Of a stretch of DNA of 64,000 nucleotides, positions 38,512 to 50,820 are shown in pieces; position 1 is the stretch's first letter, and each line of letters starts with the position of its first letter. Origin of the DNA: Macrostomum lignano (lineage: Eukaryota); contig NIVC01002379.1 of the NCBI GenBank assembly GCA_002269645.1, positions 115,441 through 179,440 of the forward strand. The letters run 5' to 3'. The notes under the pieces were generated by a model. It did not search any database. It worked only from the letters and a program-made list of their open reading frames with translations, and was not told the origin of the DNA. The translations under genes were made by a program, and so were the position numbers.

Positions 38512-41500
38512 AGATTTGTTACTGCCGCTGAGAGTTTAGAAAAACTTTGCAGATTCGGCATTTCGCAACTCGATACGCTACATGTAGTTACTTTAAGTCT
38601 GAGGAAATCACACTTGCATGTCGCTAGCCGCGTTTCAGCCACTCAATTATTTAAACGCATGCCCCAGACGCGGCATGTGACCATCATGCATGCCACAGCC
38701 GCATGGGCTGAGTTTGCAATACAATAAAAAAGTATTGGATGTATACAAACAAATTCTTCATTTTTTACCCTGATAAACAACAAAAAGTCAAAAGTTTTAT
38801 TCAAAGTTAAGGTTTTTTATATAATTTTTTTAATTCGTAAAGCTATTAAACAAAATTTATTTGGGACTAATTGGCACTTTTAAATTTTGGTTTGCCTGCC
38901 TTTGGCTTATAACTCAATGTTGACTGACTGTCTTTCTATAGGCCTACGCCTGTGGACGTGCATGCTCGTCGGCGATCTATCTAAGGTACTCAGTCTTCCA
39001 TCTCCCACCATTATCTGAAATACCCATCGTCAGCTTTTGTTTATGCAGCTGGCTGCTGGCTATTAGCTCTTAGCAACACTAAGTGACACAGACTGTCGCT
39101 ACTCTATATGAGACAAACCGATGTATGTAGGCCTATTTATATAGACCATATATAATATTTATATTAGGCCTATGCTATCGAATCGATATCGAATAAATTG
39201 TAGTAACAATTAGACAATAACAATTAGGTCTAGTGTGTGATAAGGCCTAGGTTATTTATTTTAAGCCGATTACAGGCAGTCCTATAAGAAAATTCTGGCA
39301 TGCAGGCATGCACTAATCTTCCAGAGTAGGCCTAGCCTGAGTAGGCTAGCCTATGGCTGCAATGGATAGGCCTACTGATTGCTTTACCTTCAGTCAATTG
39401 ATATTTTCACCTTATCACCTATACCTATAGGTAGTCCTATATTGGGGGTGGGCAATGCTATTAGGCTAGGCTAGGCCTATTATAGCTTTATATAATAGCT
39501 TTGGCTAAATGTTAATATTAATATTAATATATTGGTCTTTTGCTTGGCTTAAATAAAATAAATACATTGCATTATATTTTTAGATAATTCACTTATTTTT
39601 TTCTTAAAAATATTGCTTTGTTTGTCATTTATTAAAGCTACTATACTCAAATAGTTCAACCTAAATATAAGTCTAGATTTTATATAAACTATTGTATTTT
39701 CTATATTTTTAATATTCCCTCTAAAAGCAACTTAGGCCCTAGTCTTTGGATTGGATAGTGCAATATAGTATATTAGAAAAATGATAATAAAGGACCTTAT
39801 TTTGTAGTTGCGACAATTAAAGGACCTTTTGCAATTACAACAATAAAGTAACAATTAAAAGGATTGAAAATGCTATCAAAGTGAAAATTTTTTTTTAATT
39901 TTCTGAAAAATGTTTTTAAATAAAATTTTTTATAACATCTTACAAAAAGAAAAAATGTTATCACCAACAAATTTTAAACAGATAAAACTATTTTTCAAAG
40001 GTTCTATTTAAAAAAGTACTGTTATAATATTAGTTTATATATATAATATAAAAATAGTATTCTTTAATTTTTAAAACTCTTATTATTGTTAAAATGCACA
40101 TGTAGTTTTAAAAACAAATTATTGTAGTTTATATACCAAAATTTTCTTAAGCTCAAAATGGTATGCCAAAACAGCTAAACTTTCCAATGATATACCGGAA
40201 AATTCCAATATATACATAACCTTCCAGAGTCTAGCTTAGGCCTAGCTTTATCTTGCCTATCCAAGTGCAACTTAGCTTCAACTAAATACAACCTGGCTAC
40301 CTCTAATTGCAACTTATTTCTTATTTGCTTTTTTTCTTTTCTTTTTTTCCTTTTTCTCTTGTTTTCTTTTTTATAATTATATTTTCCTTTTTTGTTTCTT
40401 TTTAGATTTTTTCTTAGATAATGTTTTTGCAACTTAATATACTTGCTTATTGCCTAGCTTAATAAGCTATGTTGGTTGGATGTTAGCAATAGAGATAAGA
40501 GAAATCTTTTGAATATTTGGAATTGAATCAAATTGACCAAATTTCTAGTTCAAATCAGAATTGGAAAGTTGACAATCTGAATACCAAATAGTCATTTGAA
40601 TGTAGGGCAAATATTTAGAATGTGTCACAAGTTAAGTATTAATATTGTAGCTTATAAATGAAAAGAAAGAACTAGGGAATTAAGAACTAAGAAGTTTACA
40701 TTTGAAAAGTCAAGAGTTTTTGGGGTTGTGGAATTGAGGCTCATATATGAAAAAGGGAATTTAGGATTAGACTGGCAATCAGCACCCCCTATTAGAGAGC
40801 CAAAAAATGCAATAAAAGTTTTCAAATAATCTATCTATAGTATCTCTTTGCAATAACCTCAGCAATCCCTTATAAGCATTGACATCTAAGCAATTCCCCC
40901 CTATAAGCCTTGACATATCAACTCCTTTCCCCCTTTGATATCTCAGCAATGACTCCCAATAAGCCTTGAATTCCTCAAAAATATGTCATCCTTCTAACCC
41001 TAATCCTAAAGCATTAACATTTCAGTAATTCTCCTATAGTTATTATAGCATTACAGCATTATAGCAATCTCTCTAAGCCTTGATATTGCAGTGATTCCTA
41101 AATAAATCTCCTGACTTTGATTATGACGCTTCTTTAATCAGCAACCCCTTGTGAGGAGCCAGCAAATAATATAGTAAAAAGTTTTGAATAAACTACATAT
41201 AGCTTTTGACCTTAGCCTTGACATCTCAGCTATTCCCTATAAACTTTGGCTTAAAGCCAAAATCTCATTTTGTCCCATCTTTATTTATATTTATATATAG
41301 TTATTAAAGATTAATAACTTCTGTAATTTTTATTCTTAGCATTAATGCTACATCATTATGAAGGCTAATTCTAACTTTTTTTCTGAAACTAAATGCTTTT
41401 TTATATAAGCCTTAATTCAATGCTTAACCCTCCCTATTTACTTTAATAGTTGTAGTAAATAGGTAATAAATTAATAAATTATATATTTTAAAATAACTTA

Positions 41501-41792
41501 AGTATAACTTTGACTATTCTTACCTATCATATCCTTGGTAATAGTCTTATTATATACTAAATAGTCTAACTCAAATTTTATTGGCTTTTGATTTTGTGTA
41601 TTACTTGAAAACAGGTTTGTCTTTTTATGATTTTTTAAATTTCTTTAGTAATTCTCAATTACTTAATAACCAAGTTTTTTTGTCTTTAAGCATTACCAAA
41701 ATAAGATGGTCATGGCCTCTTATGACATGTATGCATAATAATGTATGTATATGATTCTGTATCATAATAAGATGATTTGTTCTAAACAATGT

Positions 41793-42250
41793 CTGTTTAT
41801 ATACATACATGCGCAACTGCTGGCCGATCTGGCCACCGTAAATTGTGGTGGACCAGGGGTAAGTCGCAAAAATGCCCAGCCTATAGAATACAGATGTAGT
41901 ACTAATTAGATGACGAGGCATTTAGCCCTTATAAGACAGTCATAGTTACTCCTGCCGTTTACCCAAAATTGCGTTAGGGTTTCTTTCACAGGTAAGTCGC
42001 ATTTTTGGTCAAAAAGTAAGTCGCATGGCCAGTGTAAATCAGGGGGGTTGCGCATGTATGGTTTATATACATACATGCGCAACTTTGGGATTCACTCGGC
42101 CGTTTCTATTGGCAACACACGCATGTAAGTCGCTATTGGACAGAACAGTAGTCACGTGACTGCTCTCAGCCAATAGCAACTTACATGCGTGTGTTGCCAA
42201 TAGAAACGGCCAGGTGGATCCCAAGGTTGCGCCCAAGCATGTTTATATAA
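41793..42250. mobile_element. Two abutting MITEs with TIR core CATACATGCGCAAC; the second is a ~190-bp hairpin centred on GTCACGTGAC
   Basis: TATACATACATGCGCAAC at ~41797 and ~42066, inverted copy at ~42047; the arms of 42062-42250 are reverse-complementary. Confidence 0.75.
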
Positions 42251-42510
42251 AAAATTGGCAGTTTTCAACAAAATATTTTTTATTATGTTTACCTTTAAAA
42301 AGATTGTTGCCATCAATTGCTTATAAAATTATATCATTTTATATAGAACTTATATCTACAAAAAGGCCCTTTTAAATCTATAGCCAAAGGGCTTTGTCTC
42401 TGTGCTTTAAAGGCAACATTGCCAGTTTTGGGCTATTATCTGTTAAATCTGATATTTCAAAAATATTGTTATTTATTGCATGATATACTTTTTTACCAGC
42501 TAGACAAATA

Positions 42511-45154
42511 ATGTCTAATTGCTCAATCATGCTATCTGGCATTCTAGCCCATGTGGCTGATTTTGACAGACTTTACATCAATCTTGATAAGGAGGCAAAT
42601 GATTTAGCTCAAGTGCAGCAGCTGGTTGAGGCTTGCTCTAAGCCAGCTGTGCCAGTTCCTGGAGAGGTAAGCTGTCTTGTCTACATAATGCCAACACATT
42701 GATATTTTAATGTTTTTAGATTATTGATTAATGTTACACTGAGACTGGCATTTTCAGACTATCTTCTGAGAATGGGAATGACAGCATACAACTGGGAAAT
42801 GTTGTGCAATCCTTGCAATTCTGTCCCAATTGTGTGCAATCCATGCAGTTCTGTCCCAATTGTGTGCAATCCATGCAATTGTCCCAATTGTGTGCAATCC
42901 ATGCAGTTCTGTCCCAATTGTGTGCAATCCTTGCAATTCTGTCCCAATTGTGTGCAATCCATGCAGTTCTGTCCCAATTGTGTGCAATCCATGCAATTGT
43001 CCCAATTGTGTGCAATCCATGCAGTTCTGTCCCAATTGTGTGCAATCCATGCAATTCTGTCCCAATTGTGTGCAATCCTTGCAATTCTGTCCCAATTGTG
43101 TGCAATCCATGCAGTTCTGTCCCAATTGTGTGCAATCCATGCAATTGTCCCAATTGTGTGCAATCCATGCAATTCTGTCCCAATTGTGTGCAATCCATGC
43201 AGTTCTGTCCCAATTGTGTGCAATCCATGCAGTTCTGTCCCAATTGTGTGCAATGTGTGCAGTTCTGTCCCAATTGTGTGCAATCCATGCAGTTCTGTCC
43301 CAATTGTGTGCAATCCATGCAATTCTGTCCCAATTGTGTGCAATGTGTGCAGTTCTGTCCCAATTGTGTGCAATCCATGCAATTCTGTCCCAATTGTGTG
43401 CAATCCATGCAATTCTGTCCCAATTGTGTGCAATCCATGCAATTCTGTCCCAATTGTGTGCAATCCATGCAATTCTGTCCCAATTGTGTGCAATCCATGC
43501 AATTGTCCCAATTGTGTGCAATACATGCAATTCTGTCCCAATTTTTATTCTGATATCTATTCTGACGCTTAAGCTGACAGCTCCGTGTTAGTTATGATTT
43601 ACCTGGCCTTCTCTAGCTTCCCTATTGAAAGCTTAAGCAGTAAAAATTGTGTGCTTTCCACCCCAGCTGTTCGCCGCATGCTACGAAGGCAGTCTCTACC
43701 GAGGCATGTGCATCAGGGCCGGTCGGGAAGACTCACTTATTCATTTCTTAGACTATGGCAACACCGAACGGGTGCCGCTGAATCAAATGTTTGAACTGCC
43801 AGCCGGGCTGCTACAAACGAGTCCGCCGCTAGTTCGGTGCTGCAGCCTGGAAGGCCTGCTTGCCATTGACGAGGAGGCGGCCCTGGCTGAAATCACCCGC
43901 TTGGCGCTGGAGCGGCCAGTCACGCTGCGCTTGTCCGACGGTACAGACTGCGGCCAGGCTGCCATCGTTGTCGAGGATCTGCTTGATGAGGCTGGTCAAT
44001 CAGTTAGCGAGCGTCTTATCGAGCTGCGTCTTGTCCGTCGCTATAAACCGGTACGGTACGGCAATAAGCAAGCCGCCGGAACCGCGCCTGTTGTTGCTAT
44101 GCGACCGATAACAAATATCAATGCTGCTCTGTGCGATGAAAATTCGAACCTGCCTATTAATGAGTTGTCGCTTGCCAAGCAGACTGCTAGTGCCTTGAAG
44201 TTTTGCGAGTCTAACGACTTGTTAAAACCGCCTAGCAACGAGACTAAATGGCCTAGCAACGAAATCAAGCCGCTTATCAACGAGGCTAAATCGCCTAGCA
44301 ACGAGGCTAAGTCGCCTAGCAACAATGTTAAACTGCCTAGCAACGATGCTAAACCCCCTAGCAACGAGGCTAAACCGCCTAACAACGAGGCTAAACCGCC
44401 TAGCAACGAAATCAAACCGCCTGGCGACGAGATCAAACCGCCTGGCGACGAGATCAAACCGCCTGGCGACGAGATCAAACCGCCTGGCGACAAACTACAC
44501 TGTATCTATAGTGGCCCGCTAAAGCTAACGCATATAGTCTCGCCAAGCGAATTCTATTGCATACTTCCTGGTGCGCCTCCATCGCCGCCAGCTCCGCCGC
44601 TCACGTACAAGAAGCCGGCGCACCTCGTCAGTCTGGCCGACCAGAACGAAATCGATGTGAACAGCGTGTACCTCGGCCAGTATTCGCACGATCCAACGCG
44701 CCGCTATCACCGAATGCGCCTACTCAGATTGAACCTTAGCAACAACACGGCAACCGTTCTCTTAGTCGATTTTGGCTACGTTGAAACTTGCAAATCTTTG
44801 TCAGAAATCTATGTCGTACCACCGACTGACGCCGAGCTGGCGGCTTTTATGACCGCCCCGACGCGGGCCTCGCTGTGCCGCCTGCGCGGCCTGGCCGTCG
44901 GCGCCCTGCCCGGCTTGACCAGCAAGGCCGTTTGCCTGATGCGTCGTCTGGCGGACCCGAGCTGGGCCGATCTGAAAGAGTCCGGCGGGGCCGCCGCCAC
45001 CACCTCAGCCGTGTCGGCCTACGCGGACGTGTACAGCTCGGAAAGCGGCGGCCTGCCCTGCTACCCGGTTGACCTTCACGTGTCCGGCTCCGGTAATAGC
45101 GGCTGCCTCATGGCCAGTCAGCTGATCTCGGCTGGCTTGGCCATGCGGGAATAA
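42511..45154 (+). CDS. Tudor-domain-containing protein (TDRD-like) with two extended Tudor domains; may be 5'-incomplete
   Basis: Exon 42500-42666 (ILAHVADFDRLYINL...PVPGE, donor GTAAGC) joins in phase 0 to exon 43667-45154 (LFAACYEGSLYRGMC...IHFLDYGNTE). Second domain THIVSPSEFYC...VLLVDFGY...ASLCRL. Confidence 0.85.
42803..43542. repeat. 30-bp minisatellite (TGTGCAATCCATGCAATTCTGTCCCAATTG) x about 25 with 27-bp variants, in the Tudor intron
   Basis: Read directly; explains six overlapping repeat ORFs. Confidence 0.97.
44226..44492 (+). repeat. Coding 21-bp repeat (KPPSNEA/KPPGDEI) x about 12 in the inter-Tudor linker
   Basis: 7-aa periodic peptide in ORF 43649-45154. Confidence 0.9.
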
Positions 45155-45276
45155 TGCTGTTGTTGAATCAGCTGACTGCCGCAGTGCCGCTGTTGTTGGT
45201 TAATTGGCTAGTTAATAATTACAGAAATTTGTTCACTTTGTCCTATAAGCAGCGTTTTTATACATCTTGAAAAAAT

Positions 45277-45575
45277 TTTTTGTCTATGGTAGCAAGGCTG
45301 GCACTGCGGCATTTAATTTGGTCCATAGCGGCTCCAACTTGTTATCGAAGCGCAGTTTGGACCATTCTAAAAATGCTCTTTTTTGTTATAGTTAGGCAGA
45401 TAGCATTTTTAATTTCAAATGCTGCTGTGCCAGCCTTGCTGCCATAGACAAAGGTTACATTTAGTTTGGCAAACGTATCTTGGATTGAACTCAATGCGTG
45501 TAAGCCCAAATAGGATGCAAAATGCTTTTAAAGCACATGAAACTGAAATGGCTTCATCAGTTTACGAGCGTATCG
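45277..45575. mobile_element. Internally deleted relative of the CCATAGAC-arm element at 14800-16640
   Basis: TTTGTCTATGGTAGCAAGGCTGGCAC ... GTGCCAGCCTTGCTGCCATAGACAAA. The following TTTGGCAAAC...TCAATGCGTGTAAGCCC matches the outer arm at ~14820-14885 (reverse complement). Confidence 0.7.
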
Positions 45576-46670
45576 ACTTGAAAAAATAGCGAAAAATGCT
45601 ACCAGCGACTCCCCCAAGATTGTCTGTTGGTAAAGGACCATTTGATACAGTGAATTCTGCCAAAATTTCTAATAGAGAACATATTATACTCTTCCGCTTC
45701 CAGCTTCCCGAACAGTAATTCAACAAACAATTATGTAGATGAACCTCCCAATCGAATAGAAGCCTGAGATTTGTCCCGGGATATACACCGGTAACTTCTA
45801 GTGGTCAGTGCATCTGAAGTAGACTCCATCCAGTTTTTAAGCATTTTTATAGGCTTTTTTCCAGCAGTTTGGCATCGTAATTCGCCTTTTTCCGTAATAA
45901 TTTTTTTCGATTTTGCAAAAAGCAAATTTAAGTCTTCTGTTTGCATTTTATGTCGAATTATTATTGCCTTATAATATGAGCTGCTGAAATATGCAGTTCA
46001 AAGGAGCCAACATCCTTTGCTGCCAAGCATTTTTTAGGCAACGAACAGTTTGTTTGTGCAATTATTTTGTTTTTTTTTCTGTATTCAAAGTAAAAAATAA
46101 AAAGGTGCTAAAGACGTTTCTGCTTATGACGGCCTTGCCGTTCTCAAGGCATTGTTTTTGTTTTCTTTGACACGAGACGATTCGGTTTTGTTGTCAAATT
46201 TTTTTAATATAGTTCTTGAAGTTTAACAGGCTTTGATACCCAATTATTTTCTCCCATTTTTGACTACCGCTGACTTCGAAATAAAGCACGACTGCTGTAT
46301 TCTATAAATGAAATATTTTTGTTACGATCAGCATCTGTTTGCACAACGCTATTTTAGGAATCGGAATGCACTGTGCAAGCGTACCACATGTACCAGAGTT
46401 GCTTCATCTTAGCTTGAACTACATGTATTGTACTACGAGTTCTGATGATTCACCTTTCTGCACCTCAGGAAAAATATTAATATTGTTAAGACAATACTGG
46501 AACCTATATAACTCTGGCTAGAATGTCAGTTTCATACATGCAGATGAACTGCTCAATCGATTTCCCGGAGCGATATCCCATTTACAGTTATAACTATAAG
46601 TACAGTGCGACTAAAGAGCGTTTCGATTTTTTTGCTGTAATATTATCACAAAACGTTATTTTCGCCCTAG

Positions 46671-46845
46671 CTGTTCGCCGCATGCTACGAAGGCAGCCTC
46701 TACCGAGGCATGTGCATCAGGGCCGGGCGGGAAGACGCCCTTGTACATTTCATCGACTATGGCAATACATAACGGGTGTCGCTGATCATCAAATATTTGA
46801 ACTACCAGCTGGGCTGCTGCACACGAGTCCGCTGCTAGCTCGGTA
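46671..46845 (+). pseudogene. Decayed duplicate of the start of the large Tudor exon
   Basis: Acceptor CCCTAG, then LFAACYEGSLYRGMCIRAGREDALVHFIDYGNT-stop (GAA>TAA), then a frameshift; high nucleotide identity to 43667-43830. Confidence 0.85.
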
Positions 46846-47733
46846 TTACCCTAGAAAGTTGTTATTTCTTTTGGCTTTCAAGAATAGCTTTGAGCCTTGT
46901 AGAAATACGTGCTTTAATTGCTATACTTTTAGATATTAAAAGTATTTTATATACGCTGCATTCAGATACACTTCCATAGTCTAAAATGGTATTGTATGTC
47001 TTCCCAGAAGTATTAAAATAAATGAGTTACTTAACTTCATGGGACGTAAGGGTAAATTTAATATAATGTACTCATTGGTTAGAAAATACAAATTTCGCAT
47101 TAGATAAAAATTAACATTAATAACTTTTTAACTCCGGAAATATATGTCGTATATTTCTTAGATGGCCAGGTAATCTCTATTTAAAACTTACATTTAAATT
47201 CTTTTGAAGATTATGACTAAATTAACAGTAAAAGACTAGTGAAATGAACGAAAAATGTTGTACACGATTTGTTTACATCACCATAAAATATTTTTCAAAA
47301 TCCGATATCATAACTAATTTACTAAACTCATTATTTATTTTTCATATAATTGCATTTTCATCACAATCGTATTAAAGTAATCTCTATGCCGTAGCCCTCA
47401 CAGAGTTTCACTTCTTAGTACTTAAATAACTATCTATATTCTTCCCTTAGAACTGTAGTTTGTGACTGTTTCTTAGTAAGTCCCATTAAGTGAACGGTGG
47501 CTTAACTTAAGCAAAGTCTTATCAATATATCATGTCCACTGTTGGCCCGTAGCGCCATAGCGGTAGGCTAGGCTCTATCTAATATATCTGGCTATAAAAA
47601 CATTAACACCGAACAGACAACTGTTTGCAACTTCTTGCAAAACAATTTTAACTGTAAATGCAAGATTTGAATAGAAAGCAATAAGAATATTTTTGTGTGG
47701 AGTAGTAGAGCTGAGGAATAATGGCTAGGCCTA

Positions 47734-48166
47734 TCCTGCAGAATCGTTCGTCAAATTCACTGTATGCACATTTTTTAGCTATTGACATGAAACTTTCCAA
47801 AAATGAATGTTTTCATTATGCCAAGCCAACATTTTAGAAGTGTTTAAAAGTGTCCGATATTTGTTAGGCCCCTAGTTCAAGGGCTAGGCATACCTTTTGA
47901 TGTGGCACAATCTATCTATGTTGGGGCAGAAGGTTGTACGCCAGCCATTTTTAAGTGGAAAGCATGTTAAATTTCAGAAAAATCTAGAAAAACCCAGAAA
48001 TTGTAATAAAAGATAATTTACAACTCTCCAAAAATGGAGTTTTAATGCCAAAACACTTCTAAAATGTTTGCATAATGAAAGTAGACCCCCTATTCATTTT
48101 TGGCAAGTTTCATGTCAATAGCTAAAAAATATGCATACAGTGAATTTAATGAATGATTCTGTAAGA
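47734..48166. mobile_element. MITE with ~75-bp TIRs and TA flanks (Tc1/mariner-type)
   Basis: 47731-47808 is the reverse complement of 48092-48169, with 7 differences. Confidence 0.75.
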
Positions 48167-48477
48167 TAGCCAAAATAATTCTTAGCAAATTCTTAGCAAA
48201 AAGTTCAAAAACCTTATTCTCCTTGTCATTTTTTGTTCATATAATAATTGACTAGGCTATAGTATAGGAATAATTTAGGTCTAAGCTATTATTTCAACTT
48301 TTTAAGTAAAAAACATAATATAGGCCTAGAGCTTAGTATTTTTAGAAAAGTTGGAAATTGGCATAACTTAGCCTAAAATAAAACTTAAAAGTTGACTTTT
48401 TAAAAATTGCAATAGGCCTCTAGAGACTTAGTTAGACTAGATTCTTAGATCCCTATCTAAAGTTTTAGGCCTAGTTT

Positions 48478-50551
48478 CTAGTCACTTTGGTGATAAGACA
48501 TTTTGGCAGTAGATACTTTGGCAATAAGACATTTGGGTAATAGGCCTAGGCCTAGTCACTTTGGAAACAATCTTAAATTCTTAAATTAATTATATCTTTT
48601 TAACAAAATAAAGATGCAGCTACTGCTTAATATACTCAAATGGACTAGTTTAGGCCTACTTCATTTTAGTTTATTTTATTTAATGACTTATTTAATTTGA
48701 AATCAATAAGTTTTTTTAACTTGCTACTTTTGGTAAACCTAAATTCTTTAAATATATCAATTTATTAAAATAAAGATGCAGTTGCTACTGCTTAATATAT
48801 TTATTCTTAAATTCATATTCTAGGCTTTTGTTGAAATGTCTTTTTCTTTGTTGCCAATATAGCAATTATTGGACTTTTTGAACTTTAGTTTAGGTAGATA
48901 AAATAGTTGCAATTTTGATAAGATCATAATTTTGTCTCTATAAAGTTTTTTGGGCAATGTCCTAGTTTTAAATTCATTAAATTTTTTGACTCAAAATTTG
49001 AAACAAACAAACAAAAGCAAGTTTATTAAAAATTTTAAATGAGTCTTAGGTCTTAAAAGGAGTATTACATGGCATAGTAATATGTTAGCTAGTATACAAA
49101 GTTGCCAAAACTCTTTTTTGGGTAGAGTTGGTGCCAGAGAAACTTGCTAAAGTGGGAGTCAAAAAGGTTGTCACTGGTACCATGCTGACTACAAAACTTT
49201 GTCTTCACATAGGCTCAGGTGCCTTCAATGTTATTTGTGTGCATGGGTCAAAATAATTTAATGCAGAAAACTAGGACATTGCTAGTTTTTTATTTTTAAT
49301 TTTAATTTTTAATTTTTAATTTCAAATTTGAGCTTCATTTTTTCGTAGCTCAAAGCCAAACACTGAGGCATGGGAAATGGAAGGTTTTAGGGTAGGGAGA
49401 ATCTTCATGAGGATTAATTTTATGTACATAAACTTTAATAGAGACATGGATGTCTATTGAAGATTTGGTAGATAAATTCAAAAGCTAAAGAGAAGGGACA
49501 AGTCTTGGGAGGTAGGGGTAGGGGTAGAAAAGAGGACTAACAACCATCAACAACCAAGGAATAGGGGTTTTAGGGTAAGGGAGAATCTTCATGGGGATTG
49601 ATTTTATATACCTTAACTTTAAGAGAGGCATAGAGGTCTATTGAAGATTAGGTAGATAAATTCCAAACCTAAGGGAAGAGGTCTAACAGGGGGTGGCTAA
49701 CAACCAACAACTACCAAGGCAAGGGGGAAAGGGGGTTTTAGGATAAGGAGAATCTTCATTAGGAATTGATTTTTTGTACCTAAACTTCAATAAAGGCATG
49801 GGAGTCTATTGTAGATTAGGTAGATACATTTAGAGACTAGGGGGATCTAGGGGAAAATTGTAATAAAGCTTAAATTAAAAATTCAGCAAATTATCAAATA
49901 CTTCCATTTAGAAAAAATTATAAACCCTATCAAATTAATTGATATCAGTAGCTATAGTTACCTTTAGAATGGAGAAGACAGCACAGATTAATATTAATAA
50001 GTATAGGTAAACAAGTAAAGAATGTACAGCTAGTCATAACCATGAGAGAAAAATAGCAAATCAAAAGCAGGAGGTGAGAGGCAATGGTAAACAATGAGTC
50101 AGCATTTTTTCAAAAATACTAATCAAACATGGCACTCTCACTGCACTATAATAAACTAAGTAAAGATAAATTAAAATATACACTCTTTATTGGAGTTAAA
50201 AATCTAACCCTCTAATTGTTTTTTTTATTTTTTTATTATATTATAGAAAGTTTAATTTTCAAATATACAATTCTCCAAAACTGCTTATATCAAATTATCA
50301 CTAAATATATAGGGATTAACAAATTGAGCTCCTATTAACTCTGAAGATAATTTTTTGTAGTTTTTTGCTTTATTGTCATTTTAAACAGTCTATAAGACTC
50401 TGGCAAAAGTTTTAGAAAAAATGGAAAATCAGGAATATTTTATATACCTAATGTTTAGGAAGTCGCAATTACTATTGCCAAAAATCATTTTTGTCCCAAA
50501 ATTGTCACCAAATTATTTATCACCAAAATGTCTTGTTGCCATAGTGACTAG
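48478..50551. mobile_element. Old TIR element with GGCGA-derived subterminal repeats; contains three 170-185-bp-period internal repeats (~49380, 49563, 49732)
   Basis: CTAGTCACTTTGGTGATAAGACATTTTGGCAG vs reverse complement CTAGTCACTATGGCAACAAGACATTTTGGTGA. Confidence 0.55.
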
Positions 50552-50820
50552 TAATCTAATTTTTTCTATTAAAAAGCTAGAAAGGTTATTGAGAGCCCTT
50601 TCACTTTCCAAATATTCATAAAAAGGCTTTTTAAATGACAATCTATAACATAGCCATAGGGGTTAGATAATACTAAATTTTCAAGAGTTTTGAGACTTAA
50701 GATCTATATTTTTGAGATAATCAAGATTTGATTAAGATTTGGGATTAAGCCTAATTTTTATCTAGTAGGCCTATTTATATTATTCTTTCTATCAATAATG
50801 GTATTATTATTGGTTAAATA

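Noticed and set aside
40175-40432. Lys-rich 85-aa ORF
   Set aside because: Translation of a T-rich tract in a decayed AT-rich domain.
42724-43591. Six 249-282-aa Cys/His-rich ORFs
   Set aside because: All are translations of a 30-bp minisatellite inside a GT-AG intron; multiple frames on both strands are open.
45731-45946. Possible Crypton catalytic-region relic (GKKPIKMLKNWME...LTTRSYR)
   Set aside because: Only loose similarity to the G.NT..KM.K...TNHS.R motif; needs an HMM test.
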